64,000 nt of DNA from positions 2,423-66,422 of the IMG/VR virus record IMGVR_UViG_3300012982_000018, one strand, 5' to 3'. Both the position numbers and the translations under genes were made by a program. The first letter of the stretch is position 1. Each line of letters starts with the position of its first letter. This stretch comes from a virus. Of the stretch, positions 29,633 to 38,129 are shown one piece after another. The notes under the pieces are model-generated. The model did no database searches. It saw only the letters and a list, made by a program, of their open reading frames with translations, and was not told the origin of the DNA.

Positions 29633-30004
29633 CTATTTTACTACTCTGTACTTGGTTTTCAGTAGTAGATCCTCTACTTTCAACAGTCTTGTACTCTCAG
29701 CGGGCTCCAGCTCCTCCATCATAGAGACATGCTCGGCGCATAACCCGAATACCCTGGACTTCACCGCAGACCGGACTCTGTGCTCGGATTCACCAGCGCA
29801 GACCCAGCAAAATCTCGAAAAGTCCGTCATCGGGCCTTCGTAATCGTGAAAGTCGTCATTGGCGAATGGAGAACCGCAGCCTGTCTTTGATGTACACGTG
29901 TCCCCGGGTAAACCCAATTCACGACCTTTCCAGTACTTTTTACACGTCGCGCACACGGCAGAAACCCCGCCGTGAATCGCGGCCATCACTTCAAATTCAT
30001 TCAT
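29633..30004 (-). CDS. Cys-rich putative zinc-binding protein
   Basis: CATC, C..C (TCTSKTGC), CWVC, CAEH. Confidence 0.6.
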   Translation of the reverse strand: MNEFEVMAAIHGGVSAVCATCKKYWKGRELGLPGDTCTSKTGCGSPFANDDFHDYEGPMTDFSRFCWVCAGESEHRVRSAVKSRVFGLCAEHVSMMEELEPAESTRLLKVEDLLLKTKYRVVK

Positions 30005-30008
30005 TCAT

Positions 30009-32138
30009 TTAGCCCTGCACAAAGTTGGTTCCGTCCCAATAAACATGCGTGATCCCGACAGGACAGTTGACGCCGGTTCCACTAGCACCAATTGCCACAA
30101 CATTATGAGCCCCAGTAGTCCTGTTGTTTATGGTAAGTATACGACCCTTTCGACGCGGGAGTGTTAGATTTCGATCTGCGGTAAGTGCGCCTGTAGGCTC
30201 AATCGTAGTCGCATTAAAGGCACTTGCCGGAAGGACCTGATTAGCATCGCCCATCGCAATCGTTGCCCACTGCGAGGAGCTTGTGGGCGTCTGCGGCGTG
30301 TCCTCGTCCGAGGCCCACGGAATCTCTCCAGGAGCCATCCACCCCCCGCTCGTAATCGTTCCTGCCGCTCCGCCCACACGACTCGCAACGGTTGTTCCGG
30401 TACCCTCGGTACACGGCAGCGATCCCATTACTCCAGGAATGTCGGCCCCTTCATAGACCCACGCTTCAAACGCATCGCGGAACGTGAACACGCCCGGAAG
30501 GGACGCGCCCTGTGCTAACCAAAGCCCATCAAAGTTTCCAGCAACACCGCTCTGTGCCCCACCGCTACCTGTGCCCACGCCTAGCACCGGATTGGCGGTG
30601 CCTTGCGCCCATACAGTTACTCCCGTGGAAGCGCCAACACATGCACAAACATACGGCGCGCCTGGCGAAGACTGGCTAATGGGCGCAGCAAGCCACAATG
30701 AGACCACTTTAGCCGCAGCATCCGCGTGCACCGCAAAATATACAGGCTGGTCGACTAGAAACGGAGCCTGAAATTGGCCGGCTACAGTTCCCATAATATA
30801 CACTAGGTATTGCCGGGGTGAAAGAGAGTCATCAATGACAAAAGCAAATCCACTGTTCCAGTCTAGTCCTACCGGAAAACCCTCCATAATATAATTGATA
30901 GCCCCTGCCGTATAATCTGTGACTTGCATACGGCCGCCAAAAGCGAACGATCCTGCGGGGATTCTCCATCCATTGTCTGCGCCCGTCTGGAGCTTACTTG
31001 TACCCTTCGTCGGCAAATTCACGCTTGCCTGCTGCACACGCGGTCTAAATACCCGCGGCATGGTTGCCCCATATCGATGGGGATATAGGCGCACAAGCTC
31101 TTGCACCTCTAGCCGGCCCTTTACTGCCTGACCGGCAATATTTAGGTGCATGCCATCTGTATATGCAGAATCAACGGATAAAGAAGCTGCTACATCGATT
31201 GCACTGTAAAGTGCGTTCAACGCTGGCACATTTGCCAGAATCCAGGCGTTATAAGTGGCCACAGTCGCATTAGCTGCAGCAATTCCACCACTGGGTGTGG
31301 ATGGTGAATAGAATCCTGGGATTGTCTCAACAATAATACGAGTCGTCGGACACACAGACGTGATCTGAGCAAGTAGCGCCATTAACTTAGTCACCATCGT
31401 TGCCGCGGAATTACCCAAGCCGGATACATTGTTCGTACCGATCATTAGGCAGATTACATCCGGAGCACCATTAGCTACAATGAAGTTTTTCGTCGCAGCG
31501 ATACTGACGTTGTTTGGTGCGCCTGTAGAAGGACCGCCAAATAGAGCATTGATGTCCTCGATTGAATACCCCGCATTGCCCTCACACCACGGCTCATAGG
31601 GCAACATTAGACCAACGCGGTTCTGCGCCTGCCTACCAAATGCCCTTAGATTGAAACCTCGGGCACGTGCGTCAGTAAAGGCCGCGTTCCGTGATCCGCC
31701 GTACATGGGCGCCGCACCGCCTGTTCCGGTTAAAGAGTCCCCAACCCACATGGCAAGAATGCCCTTCGAATCAGAAGCCAATGAAGGGCCTAGTGTATAG
31801 TTATCCACTCTACTGCCCGTCACGGAAACGTTGCCGAAAAGGCCATTGGTTATGGATTGTCCATTCAGATCCAGGCTCTGCGTGTTCGCCTTCAGCGCTG
31901 CTCTTATCGAAGCCGCCTGTTCTGCCAATTCTACTTCCGCTAGGTTTGTAACCGGAATCGTCGGAACAGGATTGTCCGCAATAGATAGCGAACCAGCGAC
32001 TATATAAGCGCTAACACCTGTAATTGCGCTAATCTGTGCCGCCGTACCCACTACTGTAAGCGCAGTCTTTGCGGGAACAGTAATATCCAGCTCGGCAATA
32101 GCTATAGGAAATACCGTAAGATTGGTTATTACAGCCAT
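30009..32138 (-). CDS. Fibre-like protein: shared N-module, SGNH hydrolase and concanavalin/LamG-like domain
   Basis: SGNH blocks VGDSL, GNAG, IGTNN, DGMH; downstream beta-sandwich; N-terminus MAVITNLT. Confidence 0.75.
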   Translation of the reverse strand: MAVITNLTVFPIAIAELDITVPAKTALTVVGTAAQISAITGVSAYIVAGSLSIADNPVPTIPVTNLAEVELAEQAASIRAALKANTQSLDLNGQSITNGLFGNVSVTGSRVDNYTLGPSLASDSKGILAMWVGDSLTGTGGAAPMYGGSRNAAFTDARARGFNLRAFGRQAQNRVGLMLPYEPWCEGNAGYSIEDINALFGGPSTGAPNNVSIAATKNFIVANGAPDVICLMIGTNNVSGLGNSAATMVTKLMALLAQITSVCPTTRIIVETIPGFYSPSTPSGGIAAANATVATYNAWILANVPALNALYSAIDVAASLSVDSAYTDGMHLNIAGQAVKGRLEVQELVRLYPHRYGATMPRVFRPRVQQASVNLPTKGTSKLQTGADNGWRIPAGSFAFGGRMQVTDYTAGAINYIMEGFPVGLDWNSGFAFVIDDSLSPRQYLVYIMGTVAGQFQAPFLVDQPVYFAVHADAAAKVVSLWLAAPISQSSPGAPYVCACVGASTGVTVWAQGTANPVLGVGTGSGGAQSGVAGNFDGLWLAQGASLPGVFTFRDAFEAWVYEGADIPGVMGSLPCTEGTGTTVASRVGGAAGTITSGGWMAPGEIPWASDEDTPQTPTSSSQWATIAMGDANQVLPASAFNATTIEPTGALTADRNLTLPRRKGRILTINNRTTGAHNVVAIGASGTGVNCPVGITHVYWDGTNFVQG

Positions 32139-32698
32139 TACTTATTTGAAATCCTCCGTTCCGGTGCCATGTCCGTACGACGTCTTAATGTAACCCTAAA
32201 CCCTACAAAAGTGGATGTATCAAAGAGATGCCCGTCCGTGTTCGAGTTCAAGACATTGAAGTAGAATGCGGCACCCGGGATGGTTTCGTCGAACGACGCG
32301 GCATCTTGGAAAAAAGGAATCTTCCATATCCGAATCACATCCCCAGGAGCAGGCGGAGGTGCCTTCTTTTCCTCAATGTCTCTCCGAGAGATCCAAGCAA
32401 TGCAATCCCAGTTAAGAATTGTGCCCTGCGCCTCAACAGTAGGCTGCTGCTCGGGGTACGATACATAAGCCTTCATTCTATATGGACCGATGAATTCTCT
32501 CTCTGAAGCTTCATCGTAAAGAGGGTCCTTTATTGATTTCGCTATATCCAAATGATAGTAGTCGATGTAAGTTCCAGCAATATTTACATGCTCTTGCGCG
32601 ATGTCGCTAAAATACCTTCCTTCCTCTTCATTGAGAGTAAGGTCGGCCGTCCTTTTGAAGTTCAGCTCTTTGAAAGCGAATACCCTTTTGACTGACAT
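32138..32698 (-). CDS. Head closure / neck protein (gp14-like)
   Basis: DPLYDE, PAPGDVIRIW motifs; follows the gp13-like gene. Confidence 0.65.
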   Translation of the reverse strand: MSVKRVFAFKELNFKRTADLTLNEEEGRYFSDIAQEHVNIAGTYIDYYHLDIAKSIKDPLYDEASEREFIGPYRMKAYVSYPEQQPTVEAQGTILNWDCIAWISRRDIEEKKAPPPAPGDVIRIWKIPFFQDAASFDETIPGAAFYFNVLNSNTDGHLFDTSTFVGFRVTLRRRTDMAPERRISNK

Positions 32699-32702
32699 GC
32701 GC

Positions 32703-33434
32703 TTATCCGTGAATGAAAGGAAGCGGGAAACTGCTCATCGCTATTTCCTCATTGAGGGCCTCTAACTCCTGGTTGCCCTCCTGAAGAAGGTTCAACCCGT
32801 CCAATTGAACTTCTCCTTGAGCGCCCGGAAATCCACTCGCATACTTTGAACGAATTCGGCCCAAATCGACCTTGCAACGCGCGAGTGCCCAGCGCTTTAC
32901 CAAGTCATGGTCGCGCTCCGTCAATTGTTCAATTGTAAAGGTATGAGAAGTATACTCAATACGAACTTGCCCGTTTATTCGATTAACAGGGTAGAGAAGA
33001 AGCTTCTTTCCCTCTTGTCTCCACTCGGCTTCTGCACCTAGAACACGCTTAGCCTCGTTCACATATTGAAGCGTTTGCGCAAAGTTCGAGTACACGCCCA
33101 TTGACTGCGGAACAGCCCACACGTTGTACGGGAGCTGCTGATCCGGCAAAAGGAAGGGAGCGAATACCGAACCTATATCCAAAGGCGGTACGTTGAACGC
33201 AACATCTAGAACAATATCCACATCCTCATCCAAATCGTATTCGGATTGACCATCAAAGACGTTGATATACGTTTGGCGTTGAACACCCTTCCGTGCGGCG
33301 AACCAACGACGCGCGTCCTCAATGGCTTCCTCAAGATGAGCTTCATCCAGCTCAACTTTTAAAGTTGGAGATCCGAAGCGCCGTAGAAGCCACGATTTGA
33401 GTTCTTCTGCGTTTAGCAGTGTCGCGTTAGCCAT
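32703..33434 (-). CDS. Neck / head-completion protein (T4 gp13-like)
   Basis: ELKSWLLRRFGSPTLKVELDEAHLEEAI and LGRIRSKY...PGAQGEVQLDG match the gp13 pattern. Confidence 0.85.
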   Translation of the reverse strand: MANATLLNAEELKSWLLRRFGSPTLKVELDEAHLEEAIEDARRWFAARKGVQRQTYINVFDGQSEYDLDEDVDIVLDVAFNVPPLDIGSVFAPFLLPDQQLPYNVWAVPQSMGVYSNFAQTLQYVNEAKRVLGAEAEWRQEGKKLLLYPVNRINGQVRIEYTSHTFTIEQLTERDHDLVKRWALARCKVDLGRIRSKYASGFPGAQGEVQLDGLNLLQEGNQELEALNEEIAMSSFPLPFIHG

Positions 33435-33529
33435 TACTTACCTACCCATCCCTGTATTTGCATTGATATCTACTTATTAGGAGTACACCTGAATTATGAC
33501 GGGTTCGCGGGGGCGGGCCACATCAGGCG

Positions 33530-34040
33530 CTACGGCACGCCATACTTGCGGCACGCGTATTCGTAGAGTTGATCGCGCAGCTCATCGGTCGGGGTCGTGA
33601 ACGCGTGCAACTCGTACAGCTTCGCGTCGAGAAAGTGCTGCGGCGCGCTGAATAGGTCCGCGCCGACGAGCGTATTCGTCGAGAGGTGCCCGCCCGCGGC
33701 GACCGAATAGCCCTGCGTCGCGCCGACCTGCGCGAGCGTGTTTCCCTGGCCGCGATACAGTTTCGACGTTCCGCCGCCCGCTTGCCGCGCGTCGAGGATG
33801 AGTACTTGCAGCCGCTTGCTCCGCCAATTCAGCTACAGCCGGATTCACTACCGGGATGACCGGAACGGCCGGATCATCGCCAACACTCAAAACTCCTGCG
33901 GTCACATATGCACTTACTGCTGTGTACGCCAGAATCGAGGCTGCAGTGCCTGCAGGAGATGCGATTCCATTCGCAGGAACTGAAAGATCGAGATCGGTTA
34001 GAAAAACGGGCCGCGCCGTTAGATTCTTAATTACAGCCAC
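33530..34040 (-). pseudogene. Broken paralogue: shared N-module joined out of frame (+1) to the C-terminal 93 aa of a LamG-like domain
   Basis: Frame 0 matches paralogues up to AEQAA (~33812); +1 frame 33811..33530 reads LQVLILDARQ...FLDAKLYELHAF...LYEYACRKYGVP*. Confidence 0.7.
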
Positions 34041-34104
34041 TAGCTATTCCTCCGCCTTTAGCCGAGTATAGCACTATTTTCTTATATACCTACTTGCAAG
34101 AAGT

Positions 34105-34584
34105 TTATGGCTTTTCCACATTCTTTGAGGATGTCACAATAGACTCCCCAGCCTTGGGGGGCTCTTTCTCGGCTTTCTTAGGCTTGGCGGCCTTTTTCGC
34201 CTCGGCCGCTGCCTTCATTTCATGAAGAATTCTTGCATCCTCTTCTTCACGAATAGACTCTGCTCCTGATTTCTCGGCTTCCTTTTCCGGATCTGCCACG
34301 GAAACCGGCTGAGACACAAGTTCCGGCGTGATCTGCACCAATCCAGGCTTAACCGCGGGTTCCGGTACAGGCTCGGATACTGGAGCTGCAATGGCAGGAG
34401 GCGTCTCCACATATTCGACCAAAAAGTCCGGGTAATACCTGGCAAAGTCGTCCCCAACAAGAATCGTGTTGTCATCCACAAGACCAAAGTCGTGCAGAAG
34501 CAAATCGCCTATTCCTGCCTTCTTCTTCCACTTCTTCTGCTTGTCGAGCCGCGGGCTCGTCCATCGGGTAGAGGGTGTTGCCAT
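34105..34584 (-). CDS. Hypothetical protein with a Pro/Glu/Lys-rich tail
   Basis: 159-aa ORF in the operon. Confidence 0.6.
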   Translation of the reverse strand: MATPSTRWTSPRLDKQKKWKKKAGIGDLLLHDFGLVDDNTILVGDDFARYYPDFLVEYVETPPAIAAPVSEPVPEPAVKPGLVQITPELVSQPVSVADPEKEAEKSGAESIREEEDARILHEMKAAAEAKKAAKPKKAEKEPPKAGESIVTSSKNVEKP

Positions 34585-34923
34585 TTATTCTTCTTCGTCC
34601 TGTGTAAGGTGCCGGATTTGCTTGAAAATCCCTTTAAGGTTGTTCAGAGTCGCAATAAGCTCATCGAATTGGTCTACAGCCCTATCTAGGAGTTGATCGA
34701 GATCCTCCTCTTCGGCCTCATCGTCTCCTACCTCTTCCTCCGCCTCTTCCGGCTCCGCATTGGAGTCCTCAGGCTCCCCTTCGGAATCCACATTGCCTTT
34801 AGGGGGCGGGATCGAAGAGTCTCTAGGAGTACCGGGAGGATCAGAGTCCCGCTTGTCGAAGTCCTCTTTCACTTCAGAGAAAATTTCATGCAGTTCTTTT
34901 TCAAGTTCATCGCGTGTATTCAT
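34585..34923 (-). CDS. Acidic hypothetical protein
   Basis: ATG at 34923; acidic linker between two helical ends. Confidence 0.6.
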   Translation of the reverse strand: MNTRDELEKELHEIFSEVKEDFDKRDSDPPGTPRDSSIPPPKGNVDSEGEPEDSNAEPEEAEEEVGDDEAEEEDLDQLLDRAVDQFDELIATLNNLKGIFKQIRHLTQDEEE

Positions 34924-34944
34924 TGACAATACCCAATATAGATT

Positions 34945-34972
34945 ATTATACTACAGACTGTTACTGACGCAA
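34945..34972 (-). promoter_or_regulatory. Sigma70-like promoter candidate
   Basis: TTGCGT-N16-TATAAT upstream of the 34923 start. Confidence 0.4.
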
Positions 34973-35279
34973 CTCGTAATACTACTTCTTCCAGATGAGA
35001 ATTCGCTCCTTAGACGCGGATTCTTTACTCTTCGAGTAAGCCAAAGCTAGCTCTCTTTCCAGAGTAAATCCCTGTAGCTCTGCAATTGATTTGCAATCTT
35101 GCACTATAGGAAGCACAGCTGCCCCATCACGGGTATCCGCACTGCTTATACAATGCGCTACCCGCAACCATAGAAGTCAAGTAGCGCAATGATACTACTT
35201 TTCGCAGCCGCGACCCTATTCAGGCTCACAAGTAAAAGCAATGCGGCCTGTAGATTAGGTGAAAAGGGCCTGGAAAATC

Positions 35280-36356
35280 CTAAATATCGTCAATATAAAA
35301 CGCGTCAAGTGGTTCCCAATCGCTAAGAAAAGGTTGTTTCACGGCTCTCCAATATTTCCTGTCCAATCGGATCTCGGCGGTGGAGTCTTTGTACATTTTC
35401 CGGATGATGCGTTCTTTAGCCTCTCCGGTGTAGAAAATGGTCTTGGCGCTTATGTATCTATCGCGCGTCTCTGTTTGCCACAGGTGTGTTTGAATATGAC
35501 CAGGAGTACGACCACAATGCTCTAGAAGCCAATCCAAAAAGGCCGGAGAACCTGTGGTAATTGCCACTCTCGAACACGTCTCTGACACGTGACCGTCGCC
35601 ATCAAAGTATCCACGAATAAAATGCCAAATAAGGGAGTCGTCCGTGATATTAGGGGGCACTAGACTTAGCGACTTGTTATTCACAACATTGAAGTTCTTA
35701 TGTAGATCTTTTACCCAATCGATACTGCAAACATTTAGCCATACGTAGGTCCTCCCGGAGTTAATTTCCGTTCGCTCTACAATAGGCTGATCCAGATTAG
35801 CAGCCGCTTTCAAAGCCTCAAGAATACACCGGTCTTGCGGGTGAATACCGAAATTGACGAAACGTCCGTTTTTACCTACATAGCCGTCTGCAGCTATAAA
35901 CCCTGCAAAGTAAGCGGTAGTCGGAGTAATCTTCGAGAAAAAGTCTCTATTACACTTAGAGTACTTCGCATAATCGGCGTCTTCTCTAAATACAATACCA
36001 TAGTTGAACAGCTGATTCCTGACTACGCTATAGGACTTTCCTAGGCGTTTAGCGACCTTTTCGATAGTCATCGCCTTATCATTTAGATATAGTTCGGCCG
36101 CTTCTTCGACATTAAATGTTACAGGATTCGCCTCTTTCCGGCTTCTGGTCTTTACTCTGGCCGACCGTAGAAGCCGGCCAACTGCCGTTTGAGTCACCCC
36201 AAACTCACGACCTAAGGCTTTTTGTGTAAGAAACTCGCCATTAGCTTGCGCGAACTTATATCGCTCTACTAGAGCGACACGCTGGGCCTCGGTTAGGAAC
36301 CGCTTTGCTTTTTTGACATGAGCCGACATGCATCTAAGCATAGCACTCGTTTGCAT
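35280..36356 (-). mobile_element. Free-standing double-motif LAGLIDADG homing endonuclease with N-terminal HTH repeats
   Basis: AYFAGFIAADGYV and FIRGYFDGDGHV; HTH-like TQKALGREFGVTQTAV and TIEKVAKRLGKSYSVV. Confidence 0.85.
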
Positions 36357-36426
36357 TGGACAAGTTTTTCCAGGGTAAACACCTGTAAATTTGATTTAGC
36401 ACCTGCGACTGATACGTTTAAATGCA

Positions 36427-36459
36427 GAAAGCCACCAAGTGGTCAACTTGATGGCTTTC
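36427..36459 (-). terminator. 14-bp hairpin downstream of the capsid gene
   Basis: GAAAGCCATCAAGT-TGACC-ACTTGGTGGCTTTC with one G-U pair; weak TGCATTT tail. Confidence 0.5.
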
Positions 36460-36462
36460 ACA

Positions 36463-36535
36463 GCCCCTGAAGTTCAATGGATGAACAGTCTCTTGACTGG
36501 AAGACAGGTTGTGGGTTCGAATCCCTCCAGAGGCG
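36463..36535 (+). tRNA. Degenerate tRNA-like element (GAC/Val if the bulged stem is accepted), antisense to all genes
   Basis: Acceptor GCCCCTG/CAGAGGC, D-arm GTTC-AATGGAT-GAAC, T-arm GTGGG-TTCGAAT-CCCTC; 18-nt anticodon arm, A at position 8, no CCA. Confidence 0.6.
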
Positions 36536-36598
36536 CGTATCTTACGCCTTCCGTGGCGGATACCCATAGAGCATCCACCACAGAAGATATAAGTATTC

Positions 36599-38101
36599 TT
36601 ATAGATTGAGAATGCGCATTTGTCCAAAGAAGTCTGGACGCGTCAATTTTTTCGCGTATCTTGTACGGATTGCCTTGCGCATCGTGAAGTCATTAGGATC
36701 CATAAACGTGGGCGTAATTTGGAGCGGGATATACGGCGCCCAAACGTAACCCGAGTCGAGGTAGCTCGCGCCCTTGAGACCGATGAGCATTTGATCACGA
36801 GTGAAGAACGGATCCTCGTAGATCATCCACTTGTTCATAAGTGTACCGGTCTTGTAGATACCGAACTGACCGTGCTGCGTGAGCGGCATGGGCATATCGG
36901 CCTGCGTCGTCATGGGAGCGCCGCCGCCAGAGATCCAGAGCGGGCGGAAGTCACCATGAGTCGTGAGCTGGGCAAGGAGTGCCGAGATTTCAGGGCTCGT
37001 CACGATGAAGTTTGCCGGCGCACGAAGCGTCTTCTTGTGGATGGTGTTCGAAACCGTCGCGATCTGAGTAATCATGGCGCGAAGGTGGTCGAGTTCCGCA
37101 ATAGCCGCCGGGGGAACGCGATCGAAGGTCGCCGAGGTACCGGTCGATGCCGCGAAGAGGTCCTGGATGATGTCACGGTCGATTTCGAGCGCGATTTCTT
37201 GCGCAATGACCGAAACCATCTCAGTCTCCGCATCGATACCGTGCAGCGCCTTCAAGTCTTCAGCAGCTTCAGCGGACCAAAGCGCCTTGATCTTGCGGCT
37301 CGTCGGCTCGACGGGGGCCTTCTTCACATCGAGACCTACCTGCGGCAATTGAGCATTGAACTCACTGTCGAAGTAGTAGTAGACCTTGATCGGGTTACTC
37401 AGTGCAGGAGCTACAGTGAACTTGAACGCAGAGAGCGCACCGTTCGAGTAGTTGATGCTACCGGCAGAGACTGCACCAGTGAAACCACCAGAACCGTCGT
37501 CCGTCGCTACCTGGACATCAGCACCAGTTGTGGCGTTGATTTCCTTGATAACAACCTTGTAACCGCGAGTCGCATCAAGAGCGCGAACCGGCTTGAAACC
37601 AAGCGAAGCCGAGAGAGCCGCACCTGCACCACCGTAAGCAGCGCCGGTACCAGTGGCGAGAATTTCGCCATTGATGTACTCCGACGAGTAATCCTTATCG
37701 AAGTCGCGCGGGAAGATGTTTCCGGCGTTCGTTCCGCCCTTGTTCGTCCCATAGATGTAGTCGAGATAGAAAATCGCTCCTACAGGGGCCGTCATCGGCT
37801 GAACAGAGACAATCTCGTTCGCGATGAGGTTCGGGAAAACTCGGCGAAGAACCGGGAATACGAACTTCGTAAACGGTCCTACGTTAACCGCACGGGTCTC
37901 TTCCGTAAGGCTCCTAAGGTGTTGCGCCTGGTTCTCCAAGAGAACCGCAGTGACACTCTTCGTGTACTTCTCCTGGGGCGTACGATCTGCAAGGCCCTCA
38001 AGAAGGGGCTTCCACTTCGCCCTGAGAGCGCTGATCAGCGTTTCGTCCGCAATCGTTCCGACGCGGTCTTCACGCATTAGGTGACGGGTGTCCATACTCA
38101 T
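36599..38101 (-). CDS. Major capsid protein (T4 gp23-like)
   Basis: LLENQ, FPVLRRVFPNLIANEIVSVQPMTAPVGAIFYLDY, WSAEAAEDLKALHGIDAETE, APYIPL, TRYAK. Confidence 0.95.
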   Translation of the reverse strand: MSMDTRHLMREDRVGTIADETLISALRAKWKPLLEGLADRTPQEKYTKSVTAVLLENQAQHLRSLTEETRAVNVGPFTKFVFPVLRRVFPNLIANEIVSVQPMTAPVGAIFYLDYIYGTNKGGTNAGNIFPRDFDKDYSSEYINGEILATGTGAAYGGAGAALSASLGFKPVRALDATRGYKVVIKEINATTGADVQVATDDGSGGFTGAVSAGSINYSNGALSAFKFTVAPALSNPIKVYYYFDSEFNAQLPQVGLDVKKAPVEPTSRKIKALWSAEAAEDLKALHGIDAETEMVSVIAQEIALEIDRDIIQDLFAASTGTSATFDRVPPAAIAELDHLRAMITQIATVSNTIHKKTLRAPANFIVTSPEISALLAQLTTHGDFRPLWISGGGAPMTTQADMPMPLTQHGQFGIYKTGTLMNKWMIYEDPFFTRDQMLIGLKGASYLDSGYVWAPYIPLQITPTFMDPNDFTMRKAIRTRYAKKLTRPDFFGQMRILNL

Positions 38102-38129
38102 TTTAAGAACTTCCTATTTGTAATTAAGT

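Noticed and set aside
33582-33810. Arg-rich C-terminal half of the annotated 152-aa ORF
   Set aside because: Out-of-frame reading; the +1 frame gives the protein-like LamG-type sequence
34923-34952. Plus-strand TTGACA-N18-TATACT promoter
   Set aside because: It would drive only antisense transcription with no plausible gene; TTGACA is part of the palindrome noted separately. Not fully excluded
34982-35167. 61-aa TTG-start ORF
   Set aside because: No RBS or recognisable motif; cannot be supported as a gene
35194-35250. Hammerhead or HDV/theta ribozyme call
   Set aside because: CTGAATA lacks the conserved G of CUGANGA; P1 length and L3 do not fit the HDV fold; kept only as a generic structure candidate
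34930-36598. Group I intron around the LAGLIDADG gene
   Set aside because: Flanking genes look complete and I could not identify conserved P7-type core elements
36620-38080. 486-aa plus-strand ORF
   Set aside because: Exact antisense shadow of the capsid gene; explained by its codon bias; no recognisable motifs
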